NCBI RefSeq assembly: GCF_009914755.1
Contig: NC_060925.1
Origin: the human T2T-CHM13v2.0 reference genome, Homo sapiens
Reading direction: 5' to 3' (one strand)
Length of the DNA: 64,000 nt
The notes under the pieces were generated by a model that ran no database searches, was not told the DNA's origin, and saw only the letters and a program-made list of their open reading frames with translations. Both the position numbers and the translations under genes were made by a program. Shown here piece by piece: positions 1-13,768 of the stretch; position 1 is the first letter of the stretch, and each line of letters starts with the position of its first letter.

Positions 1-290
1 TTAAATCACCCCGGAAGTTGTCCTCTTAGCCTAAGTAGGTCATCTGCCATTTTTTCTCTGCCAAGCCAGGCTTTGCAGTTTTGAGTATTTCTCTGCTTAT
101 AGGAACATTTTAAACTAGAAACCTTGGATCTTATTCCAAGAATGACCTCAAATTATACTCTAAGAAGAAAAGCGATCAGAAATATTCATATCTTATCTCT
201 GAGTTTAGTGACATTTGAATAAACGTTTGAAAAATATTGAAAGCTTCCATCTTTATATATATAATGTGTTTCCTCAATACAAGTAAAATT

Positions 291-430
291 CCATGTTTCC
301 TTGATTCTAAGCATATCTTCACATTTTAACCCATGAAACAGATCTACATCTTACAATGGATATTTAGTGTTTTTGCCCTTGAAATAAGTTGATACATCAG
401 TAACCAACAGTGTCTTAGGATGGAGGGAGT
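291..430. mobile_element. Old non-autonomous DNA transposon remnant (MER104/Tc2-like)
   Basis: tttccttgattctaag...cacattttaac...catcttacaat...gtcttag resembles the recalled consensus; diverged. Confidence 0.4.
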
Positions 431-716
431 GCAGTTGTGCTGTGGAGAAGGCATTGCCAGACCTCAGGAAAGACAGGAACCCTGGCAGTTCCAGGGCTAG
501 CCGCTCTCCCCTCGGATTCAGGGCTTTGCTCTCTCAGAAACTGGTTTCTCAGCCCTGCTTCTGTGAGCATATCTCAGTTCTCCCCCAGCTTGCTGTCTGT
601 GTGGTTACCTTGCACGTAGCCTGATGTGGCCCACACCTCAGTTTAGCTCTAGCACCATAGCTCACTGCCCACTGCCAGCTTTTCTTTTTGCCTCTTTAGA
701 CATGTTATAAAAAAAT

Positions 717-1004
717 TATATATATATATATATATATATATTTTGAGATAGGGTCTCCTTCTGTTACCCAGGCTGGATTTCGGCTCACTGCAGCCTTGAC
801 CTCCTGTGCTCAAGCGATCCTCTAGCTTCAGCATCCCAAGTAGCGAGGAACACAGGCACATGCCGCCATGCCCAGCTGTATTTTTTTGTAGAGACGGGGT
901 CCTCCTGTGTTGCCCAGGCTGGTCTCAAACTCCTGGGCTCAAAGGATTCTCCTGCCTCAGCCTCACAAAATGCTGGGATTACAGGCATGAGCCACCATGC
1001 CCAG
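717..1004 (-). mobile_element. Alu (AluJ-like) with (TA)n tail at 717-741
   Basis: Reverse Alu ending gctgggattacaggcatgagccacc; internal deletion in one arm. Confidence 0.9.
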
Positions 1005-2008
1005 AATGACATATTCTTGACAGAATTGGATCAACTCACTTTTCAAACCAGCCATCCAGGTCACACAGCCTGTATATATGTCAGCTGACCTTGAAACTTG
1101 GTCTAGCACAAGCCCTCGATGTGAGAGGCACTCTCTTTCACTAATAGATGAACCAGATTTCAGTTTTAAAAGCCCAGTGAGTAGCAGAATTCCCCTGAGG
1201 CTGAGTTACAAATCAAATGCCTTCTCCTTATGAGTTGCCTGTGAATTGTTAAATATGCCTAGTGATGATGTGCGTGGCTCCTGTTGGAATCCCAAATTTT
1301 CAGGGGCTTTAACAGTCATGGTCTTGGATTTCCTTTTTGAAAATGTCAAGGTATAGATTTCAGTCTTTACACAATATTAGTTGGTGGGCTTGTTGAATTG
1401 GGGCCTTATATATAGCCACTGCAGTTAGAGGAAATACTGCTAGGGACAGGGCCACCTTTTGTGAGAGAAACGCCTAAAAGACTTGTTCTCCATCCCTCCC
1501 TCAAACCCTATGCACTGAGACATTTTGCACTGTGGCGTCAGCTGCTGTGCATAACTTCCGGACACCTTCTGCTCACACGCTGTCTATTCTGATGCCTGGG
1601 TGCCAGGCCAGCCTTTCGCGCTTGTTTTCCTGCACCTGACAAGCTGGTGCCGTGCTGCAGGGCTCCTTTCCCATAGCCCTCTCTGTTTCTGGCATAAGAC
1701 TGGGCCCATCCTGACACATTGTATTGCACCAAGCCCCACTCTCTCTGTCTAAGGCACAGCCACCCAGCCGGGATGCCCGGCCCACTTGCCGTGTGTGACA
1801 CCACCCATATTGCCGCATTCCGGGCCGCAGGATGCACCTGTGCTCCTGTGCTCGTTCCCAGGAACTGTCCTGGTCTCTCCTGAGAATCAGCAGTTTTGCT
1901 CCCCTCCTCCCCCAAGGGCAACCTGCTGATTTACTGATGACTAAATTGCCATTACAAGCTTGACTGCTGAAATAAAGCTTAGAGTAAAGCTGCATTTTCA
2001 CTGAAGCA

Positions 2009-2014
2009 TTTATT
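2009..2014 (-). terminator. CD247: Distal polyadenylation signal AATAAA of CD247
   Basis: tttatt on the plus strand, followed on the minus strand by U-rich sequence (about 1990-1965). Confidence 0.8.
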
Positions 2015-2282
2015 ATGCAAAATAGGAAGGCTTTAGCATGCCAGTATAAATTAAAACAGTAGAAAAAAAGCAGAGCAGAGAGCGTTTTCCATCCATGGCC
2101 TGTGCCCTGTAATGACGCAGCAGTATCCTAGTACATTGACGGGTTTTTCCTGTCCTGCCACTGTCCGCTGGGCAGTTATAGGTCCCATGTGTTGCGTCTT
2201 CCTGCGAGGCCTTCACAAAGATGATTTTGTCATTCGCTGAAAGCGTGAAGTGAATCAACGGCCTCCTCTTGCTCCGCAGCAC

Positions 2283-2288
2283 TTTATT
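2283..2288 (-). terminator. CD247: Proximal AATAAA, possible alternative poly(A) signal
   Basis: tttatt on the plus strand inside the 3' UTR; usage cannot be shown from sequence. Confidence 0.5.
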
Positions 2289-3031
2289 CACACTGTGTAA
2301 CCACATGTTTTTTATGCCACTTTGTGCACAGCTCATCAAGGTCAGTCTGTTCATCTTCTGGCCCCTGTAGCACATGGTACAGTTCAATGGTGCGGCACAG
2401 AGGCCTGAGGCAGGGAGGCTCCCGCTGCCCTCGCAGGCCCTGGCTGACCCTCCCCTGCCCGCCCACCTTCCCATGCCCCTGCAGCTCCCTGGTTGCACCT
2501 GGCCTAGGCTCCTTTCCATCTGCCCCTCTGCCCGGCCCTCTCACCAGGGAGGCACAACATGGCCCAGTACAGTTACCTTGAAAGGAGGTGAAGGTGACAA
2601 CAGAAGCCAAATTTACAGCAGGAGTGAAGCCACTCAGACACAGAGTGATACAGACATTAGGGCATGTGCTAGCATCTGCGCTTTCTCTGGGGACTTTACA
2701 AAACAGACTCAACAACTCAGCTGTGAGAGGCAGTGCGCCCGCCTCCCAGGGAGAACGAGGAACCGCCAGGAGACAGGTCTACCTGCACCACCGGCAAACC
2801 AGAGGGCCCAAGGCCAGGGCCGTAAGCCCTGGGAGTACACTCCCTTAAAGAGTGCAGGGACAACAGTCTGTGTGTGAAGGTTTGGAGCTAAATATAACCA
2901 AAGCATCCTGTACATAAAGGGGAATACTTCAGTGGCTGAGAAGAGTGAACCGGGTTGTAAATGCTTCATCCTGTGTCTCATAATCTGGGCGTCTGCAGGT
3001 CTGGCCTTTGAGTGGTGAAATCCCCTGGCTG

Positions 3032-3340
<309 letters not shown>

Positions 3341-4374
3341 TCACCCCTCTTCTCAGCTCCTCAAATGCTGTGCCTTACAGTGCTTGGGCCCCGCCAACTT
3401 CCTGCTGGACCTAAGAGAAAGGAGTCTCCCACCTCCCATATTGGGCAGGAATCAGGGGGGAGGGCCCAGGCCTGCTCCAGAGAATCTGCTGTCCCTGACA
3501 CCTGGGCCCAAAGGAAGCCTGGACTTGTCACAGGGAGAAGAGGGGCTCCTTGGCCTCAGCCCTCTGTGAGCCTCCTTCCCTTCCCAGGCCCGGTGATTCT
3601 AGTGTTTTCTTGGTCACGAACAGGCCCACAAGGCTGGCCCCAAACCTGCTGGAATGCCTGTCCCCCTGGTCCGGGGGCCAGGAAGGAGAAGGATCAACAG
3701 CAGCCACACACAGGTAAGTTTCTGGGGCCCTTTTGATATCACTCAACTCAGGCAAGCTGGGCATCCTGACACTAGAGTCAGAAGAACGAGCTATGAACAG
3801 CCCATGGGAGCCAGAAGGAGGGAAATGACAACCCGCTGGGGATCATGTTTTAGAGAAGTAGTTTGACCGTGCTTAGTTTGCATAATTGCCTGCACTGATT
3901 TGCAAAAACCAGGCACCTAACTACATAACATTTTCTTTTTGAAGCTGCCATTTTTCTTAGCTTTTTTTCCTTCAGTCTTCCCAGCCAACCTCTCATCTTA
4001 CTAGGCCTAAGGAAATGATGCAGAGTGAGGGTTCTACAAGAACCCAAAGAGGCAGGATAATCACTTGTGTGGTCCTTTGCCTCCATCTGCATCGGCGGGG
4101 AGGCTGCGTACCCTCTGGACAGCTGCTGCTCTGTCTGCCATGGCCAAGCAAGGCATGGTTGGAGCCAAGTAATTCGCTTGAATGGCCAAGTCCCAGCTGT
4201 GCTCCAGGGACTTATTGGCAGTGGCGTTGCCACTGGCCTAAATGGGTGCCTTGGGCTTGCCCTGCCCAGCTGTTGGCAAGAGCTGGTGCCACCAGCAGGC
4301 AAAATGTGGGGGCCTTGATCTTGCCCCTTGTCAGGTGGTGCCCCTTCCACTGAAGGGACGCCGGCAGCTCCTAC

Positions 4375-4410
4375 CTGGTAAAGGCCATCGTGCCCCTTGC
4401 CCCTCCGGCG
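4375..4410 (-). CDS. CD247: CD247 exon 7 (first half of ITAM3)
   Basis: Encodes RRRGKGHDGLYQ, 36 nt, flanked by cag| and |gtagga. Confidence 0.98.
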
Positions 4411-4972
4411 CTGGTTGTTTGGGAGTGAAATGAGAAAAGGATTAGAAAGTCAGGCAGTCAGTAGTGGCATTTCTGCTCAAGGGCCCCTCCCAAGGTACCC
4501 AGGAAGTCAGAGGTAACTGTCTCCCAGCAGCACCCCTGCCCCTGGGAGAGAAGGATCCTCAGGCCCCTGGTCAGACCTTCATCTCTGCAGAGTAAGGTGA
4601 GGCCTGGCCATGATGGGGCTTGGGTTTGCTCCACCCCACTCAGATCCTCACAGACATCAGATTCCTAAGGTCTAGGGCCCGCAGGACCTATATTGCCTAC
4701 TGCTTAGATAAATGGGCTTCCCTTCAGCTCTTAAAGTTCTTGGCTAGTCATTTTTGCTCACTGACAACCAGCTGTTTTGAGCAGTTACGAGCTCTGGCAT
4801 AGTCAGTTCAATCACGTGCCCGTTTACCAGCTAGAAGACCTTGGGTAAGTCACTCAACCTCCTTGTGCCTTGCAGGGCACATGTTTCTCATTGGGTTGTT
4901 GTGGGAATTAAATAAAACTACAGAGAACCCCTGCTTGGAAGGGGTCAATGCTTCACTCTCACCATTTTGAAA

Positions 4973-5032
4973 TTCTTAATTGTTGATGAACAATTAATTG
5001 TTGATGAACAATTCTTAATTGTTGATGAATTG
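4973..5032. repeat. Short tandem triplication (18-21 bp unit) in intron 6
   Basis: Three copies of aattgttgatgaa separated by caatt or caattctt. Confidence 0.85.
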
Positions 5033-5370
5033 TTTTCATGTTGTCCTGGGACCTGTGGTCCTGAGCACTGAACACGGCAGCACATATTAAGCACTCGATG
5101 CTTCCTGTTATTAAAACGGACCTGCTTTTGCAAAGCTTAGGCTGTCATAGAATCTAGATGTGGTTTTCTGTACTGAAAGAGCATCAGCCCTTCCTTAGTT
5201 TCTTATGTTCTGCCCGGCTGGGTGACAGCCAGGTTCGCCTTCACCTCTGATGGCCACCACATGGGCATTTGCAGCTGGGATGAGAAGTGGATGGGAAAGG
5301 AGGCCTGCAGCAGGCGTGTCTGGAGGACCAAGAGGAACTCCCTCGGAAATTAAGAAACAGCAACACTCAC

Positions 5371-5427
5371 CTCGCCTTTCATCCCAATCTCACTGTAGGC
5401 CTCCGCCATCTTATCTTTCTGCAGTTC
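5371..5427 (-). CDS. CD247: CD247 exon 6 (second half of ITAM2)
   Basis: Encodes ELQKDKMAEAYSEIGMKGE, 57 nt, flanked by cag| and |gtgagt. Confidence 0.98.
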
Positions 5428-6245
5428 CTGCAGAAGAGGGCGTGGAACACTGATTTTTACCAACTAATGCAGAAAGCAGCAGGTTCCCCTACAACAGGAA
5501 GCTTCTTGATCCCCAAGTTGGCAGCAGTGGCAGACAGGGAGGGCTCCCACAATCAAGGCTCCAAACCTTATGCACACAAACTTCTCTGCCCACAACCAGC
5601 TCCAGCCCACCCCCCTCGTCCTCAGCCCTTTGGAGTCTCCTCCGAGCTGCCAGCTCTTTGCACTGAGCTGAGGGGCTCAAGTTAGGCTCAAAAAGATAGG
5701 AGGTGGAGTTCTAGACAAAGACACGGAGACTGGGCAAAGCAAGGGCTCACCTGGAGCCCCAGAATCATTTATCTGAGCAAGTTGTCTCTTTACACAGCCA
5801 AACGGGCTGTAGATCAACCCTCCCTCCCCACAGGAGGGGCGGGGAGGCATCTCCTTCACAGAAGGCTGCCACCTGCAAGGGTCTCCTGCATGGCAACCCA
5901 GATCGACAATCAGGGTTCAGGGTCACACCCAGGAGGGTGAGGTTGACCTTCCTATAGCGGGGGACACTCAGAAGACTTCAGCACCCAGGACAGGAGCCCC
6001 TCGAAGGGGCCAGCCACCTCGTCCTTGCCTAGCTTGACCTTGCTGTGTCCCCCTACACCCCAGGCTGATCAACCTGGGAACTCCAGCAGCAGGGTTTGGG
6101 GAGGGAAGGGAGATTACTCGGCACTTTTCAGCTAAGGAGACTTTCTAGAAGCAGGTGCTGCTGCAGGCCGCAAGCAGGTGAGACATTACTCAATCCAAGA
6201 AGGGAAGGTCTGGACAGACAAAGACCACAGAGTGAGGAGCAACCG

Positions 6246-6785
6246 CCTTCCTCTGGAGCCCTCCTCCAGCCCTTCCTCCAGCCCTTCCTCCGAAGCCCTC
6301 CTCCAGCCCTTCCTCCGGAGCCCTCCTCCAGCCCTTCCTCCAGCCCTTCCTCCGGAGCCCTCCTCCAGCCCTTCCTCCAGCCCTTCCTCCGGAGCCCTCC
6401 TCCAGCCCTTCCTCCAGCCCTTCCTCCGGAGCCCTCCTCCAGCCCTTCCTCCAGCCCTTCCTCCGGAGCCCTCCTCCAGCCCTTCCTCCAGCCCTCCTCC
6501 GGAGCCCTCCTCCAGCCCTTCCTCCAGCCCTTCCTCCGGAGCCCTCCTCCAGCCCTTCCTCCAGCCCTTCCTCCGGAGCCCTCCTCCAGCCCTTCCTCCA
6601 GCCCTTCCTCCGGAGCCCTCCTCCAGCCCTTCCTCCAGCCCTTCCTCCGGAGCCCTCCTCCAGCCCTTCCTCCAGCCCTTCCTCCGGAGCCCTCCTCCAG
6701 CCCTTCCTCCAGCCCTTCCTCTGGAGCCCTCCTCCAGCCCTTCCTCCAGCCCTTCCTCTGGAGCCCTCCTCCAGCCCTTCCTCCA
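6246..6785. repeat. 37-bp minisatellite (VNTR), about 15 units, intron 5
   Basis: Unit ccggagccctcctccagcccttcctccagcccttcct; 15 ggagcc/gaagcc anchors between 6255 and 6760, including one 25-bp and one 36-bp variant unit. Confidence 0.97.
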
Positions 6786-6822
6786 ACTTTCCAAGGTCAA
6801 ATGTGAGGTCTCCTCTACTCAC

Positions 6823-6858
6823 ATTGTACAGGCCTTCCTGAGGGTTCTTCCTTCTCTG
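6823..6858 (-). CDS. CD247: CD247 exon 5 (first half of ITAM2) with NAGNAG acceptor, 36 or 33 nt
   Basis: Encodes (Q)RRKNPQEGLYN. Acceptor reads tagCAGAGA (tandem AGs at 6860-6859 and 6857-6856), donor |gtgagt. Confidence 0.98.
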
Positions 6859-7499
6859 CTAGGAAAGACAACGGGAAGACGTTAGAGGGAGAGAAACACA
6901 AACCCAAGCCATGAAAGTACAGCAAACCCCATCCTGCCCCCTGACTGCAGTTTCCTGGGGCTCTGCCGTCTGCCTCTCTCCTCCCTGTGCTACCCCAGCC
7001 TTGCCTAGGCCACTGTTGGGGCCCTCATGGCACTACATGGCTCATACTTGGTTACCTGCAACTGGATACACACTTCGCTCTTCCAGAGGGGCCCACCCAA
7101 GCCCAGCATTGCCCAGGGCAGGCCATCGGGACGCCCACACACATCACAAGCTGACAAGTGGGACTTTTGGCTGAAGACAAAAGGAGTCACATACCATCAT
7201 TTGGAGCAGGGCCAGCCACTGGTAGTGAGTGCCTACTGAAAGGTGCCCTCCCCACACCCTCCTAGTCCTGACAAGAGGAGAGGAGGCAAGATAAACTTGG
7301 ATGGTGGGGGTGAGGAGTGGTCAATGAAATCGACAGCCTCTCTACTGCCCATTCACTCTAGCAACAACACAACCAGCACAGGGATCAGCCTGGACAGGGG
7401 CTGGATGGACAGGCGTGACCACTGGCAGCATCTGGCAGCACTGCCCTTACACCAGGACAGCCCTGGCCTTTGTCCTGAGCCCTGTGCTTAAAAGGACCC

Positions 7500-9440
<1,941 letters not shown>

Positions 9441-9446
9441 GACAGA

Positions 9447-9478
9447 GGAAGGAAGGAAGGAAGGAAGGAAGGAAGGAA
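9447..9478 (+). repeat. (GGAA)8 microsatellite
   Basis: Eight perfect copies just after the L1 tail. Confidence 0.95.
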
Positions 9479-9700
9479 ATCAGAATGAAGGGGAAAAAAC
9501 AAAGAGGACCCTACCCTACTGTGGTGTCATCCAGCTGCTCCCCTACCCACAGGTATACCCACAGGTATAGTGTCTACAAAGCCAAGAGGTCAAACCCCCC
9601 AGGGACCATACCCCGACCATATGTGGGTTATCCAGGGGTCTTGGGCCCTTCCTGTATGGACCTCTTCACCAGGTCTGTCCTCTTGGGGCAGATGGCGTCA

Positions 9701-10075
<375 letters not shown>

Positions 10076-10689
10076 CTATAACAGATAAGAAAGTGTCAGA
10101 CACAGGACGGAGGAACCTCAGAAGGATGGAGCCAGCTGGACTGGGGAGTGTGGTTTCCCTCTCTGGGGTGGCTCATAAAAAGAGGGGCAGGGGCTGGGGA
10201 GGGGATGGTAACTGGTCCATCTGGAGACCATCATCCCAGAGGACATCTCAGAGAACACGCATTAACATGACAGTGGATGGGATCCCCAAAGGTCACCAAG
10301 TACTATAGGCTGATCAGTCCAACGGGATAAGGATCAACATTCTCATGAGCAAATAGAGAAGTGGGGGCTCAGAGGTGGTAGTCAATTTCACCACAGTCCC
10401 ATTGCACAGGGAGTGTGAAATCGCTTTCCCCTCCTCTGGGAAGATTCTAATACATTCCTTCTCCACCCCCCTCTAGCCTTTGCAAATTGCTGATGGCTTG
10501 GGGGCTCACTAGTGGCAGGCACTAGACTAAGCTCGTTCCATGCATCAAGACATTAAAGCATGTAATCTTTATGGCGCCCTTTGAGACAGGTACAATTACT
10601 ACACCTGTTTTGTGGGTTAGAAAACTGAGGTTAAACAAGTTGCAGCCGGGTCGCAGAGGTGATAGCTAGGGACCAAACCTAAACCCAAG

Positions 10690-11330
10690 ACTCTGGCGGG
10701 CGCGTTCCCTAGGTCCGAGGAGGAGGCTGCCCTTCCTTTCCGGAGGGTCTACGGCGAGGCTGACTTACGTTATAGAGCTGGTTCTGGCCCTGCTGGTACG
10801 CGGGGGCGTCTGCGCTCCTGCTGAACTGCAACACAGAAAGCAAAGCGCGTTACTGCTCCGCGAGGGCGCGCAGGGGAGCCGGGGTGCCAGGGCGCGCGGC
10901 GACCCGAGGGACAGCCCTACTCCGCTCCTTGGCAACTAACAATGCTGCCCTGCCTCCTGGGGCTGAGCCCTTGCAGGGGCCGGGGCGTGGCAGCCCCTTT
11001 TTCTGAGCCCAGTTGTCCTTTTTCCTCCCGCCTGTGACACGTGCATTCATCACGCTGGCCCAGGACCCGCTGGAGTTTATTCTTCCCGGGCTAGCGCCCT
11101 CGCGCGTGCGCAGAGGTATAAGGTTCTTGGTCTGCGCCCCCGGGGACATGAGTATTCTCTAGGATCCCTTCCTCCGGGGACTCTGAGGACAATCCAGGGT
11201 GGATGGCGGCTGGTCAAGATCCCGCCTCCTATCTTGACCCCCGGAGCAGTGTACTGTACGTGCATCACTCGCCCAGCCCTCAGCCATCGCCCGGCTGCCC
11301 CGGTGCCCAGGAAGCCTCGCGTTCGCTTAG
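10690..11330. promoter_or_regulatory. Intragenic CpG island over exon 3 and the end of intron 2
   Basis: High GC with many CpGs (gcgcgc, cgcgcg, ccgg) against a CpG-poor background. Confidence 0.75.
10769..10825 (-). CDS. CD247: CD247 exon 3 (first half of ITAM1)
   Basis: Encodes [19 protein letters not shown], 57 nt, flanked by cag| and |gtaagt. Confidence 0.98.
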
Positions 11331-12043
11331 TGTCCTGAGCATCTGTGGGAAGCTGACACAGCCTCACTCCTGCTTCACTTCATGCCGCTTCAGGCGGGAG
11401 AAACTGCAATGTCTTACAGATCTAGAGCATTGGAAACAACCTTAGAAATCATCTAGGGCAGCATTTTCAAACTTAAAACAAGAAACTCAGTAAGATTTGG
11501 TTTTTCAAATAAAATATTATGCCAAAGTCCAAAATTCAAACAAGAAATGGGTTGAGAAGCACTGAAGTGATGACTGGGACTGGATTCTCCCCTTTACTCC
11601 TAAATTCTTCCAATCTCTGCCCACACCATGACCAGCCCCACGAAGAAATCCAGGGTCTGCAAGGCACCAAGTGAAAAACCCACGCTCTGGTCAGCTCCCC
11701 AGTTACAGATGAGGAAAGGGCCTTTTCAAGAGAAAGGCTAACATGGCCTTCATTCACACTTGGAAAGAAGGACCTCTGCCTGAGTGTAAGCCCCTTTGTC
11801 ACCAGTAGCATCGCCTTCCCTGGGACACTCTGATGTGCACACATTTGTACGGCTTGTCATGGAGGTGCCTAGCACCAGGCTCTCCCTCCTACCCTGTCCA
11901 TCTCAGCCAGACACTGCCACCTCCTCCTCAGCCCACTCAAGGCACACACTTGGCTGGTCCTTGCTTTGCTCCTGGATACCAAGCCCCAGGCACCACCCGA
12001 GCTTGAGACCTTCCAAGACCAAGGCCCCTCTGAACATCCATCA

Positions 12044-12214
<171 letters not shown>

Positions 12215-13171
12215 TCAGCCAGGCCCAAGGTGACGAGAACACATCCCCATTACCCCAGGGTGGCACTAGGACTGACTGACCAAATAAATCATGACACGGA
12301 GACTATATCCAATCCCCATGCCTCAGCCTGATCACAACCCTCTCCCTCCCTCCCACCTCAACCAGCTCCTGGAAAACCTATTGGCACCAACGGCAGATGT
12401 GGCCGCTGTGGGGCCAAAGAACCTGGGGCAATGGGAGGGGAGGTGGAAACAAGGCGAGCAGATGAGGCTGTTCTCTGTGCACAGAGCTCCTGCCACTGCA
12501 GCAGAAGCCCAGCCATGTTAGCCCCGGTGTGAACCAAGAACTCTGGAAGCCTCGGGAAGATGTTCACGTCTGGATGAATGGTACTCCTGGCCTGAGGTGT
12601 GTGGCTCTGAGGCCTACCCACAGGGAGACAATAGGTCAAATGATGGTCAAATGAGATCATTTCAATATCTGACAGTTAACTAGGACAGAGAGAATCTGGG
12701 TTAACTCTCCCCCAACTCCCTGCCTCCTCAGTGCCAAGCACTCTCCCGCCTAGGACAGTGGGATCTGGTGCTCGGCTTCCCTTCCCTGTTCCCTGAAGGG
12801 TTTCATGGCCAACAGACAGAGGTACCTTTGGTGCCCCTCCCCACCTAGGCCCAGCATCTCCCTGTCCCCTAGTCCCAGCTCCATGGCCTCAGCCTTCTCT
12901 GTCTCCCCTCCTCCCACTACACACACCCCATTCCCAGGACACGCCTTGCTCTTCCAGACTATTTGCCCTGTGCCTTGCACTCTCTGTTCCCTCTTCATGT
13001 TCCCTCCATTTCTCTCCCTGAAACCCTACTATTTGGTAACATTTGATGCATCCTACAAAATGCAGCTCAAAGATCCCTTCTGTGTTAGCTTCTCCCACTG
13101 CAAATTTCCCAGGGGCCCCTAACTCCTAGTGCCATATTAACCTTTGTCAAGCTGTAGTTAATGCACGTTTA

Positions 13172-13699
<528 letters not shown>

Positions 13700-13750
13700 C
13701 TAGAGCAGAGGTCCCAGGCCAGCCCCGCTAGTGTCTGTCTCCCAAGGCCT

Positions 13751-13768
13751 GGGCGCCCTCTGGTGGCC
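13751..13768 (-). promoter_or_regulatory. Near-consensus CTCF motif
   Basis: Minus strand GGCCACCAGAGGGCGCCC against core CCASYAGRKGGCRS; binding not shown. Confidence 0.7.

Larger units (their letters stand above)
1990..3031 (-). other. CD247: CD247 3' UTR (exon 8)
   Basis: Unique sequence between the stop codon and the distal AATAAA; AUUUA pentamers at 2962-2958 and 2893-2889. The 3' end is estimated as about 20 nt past the signal. Confidence 0.85.

Noticed and set aside
1-1989. CD3-eta-like alternative last exon (exon 9) or POU2F1 exons
   Set aside because: No sequence resembling the mouse eta C-terminus or the POU domain was seen; if present they lie to the left of the window.
6246-6785. 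CRISPR-like or other repeat-spacer array
   Set aside because: Units are contiguous with no unique spacers; an ordinary eukaryotic minisatellite.
6096-6885. Four long ORFs (204-236 aa) on both strands
   Set aside because: They are translations of the 37-bp VNTR, which lacks stop codons; low-complexity products with no gene structure.
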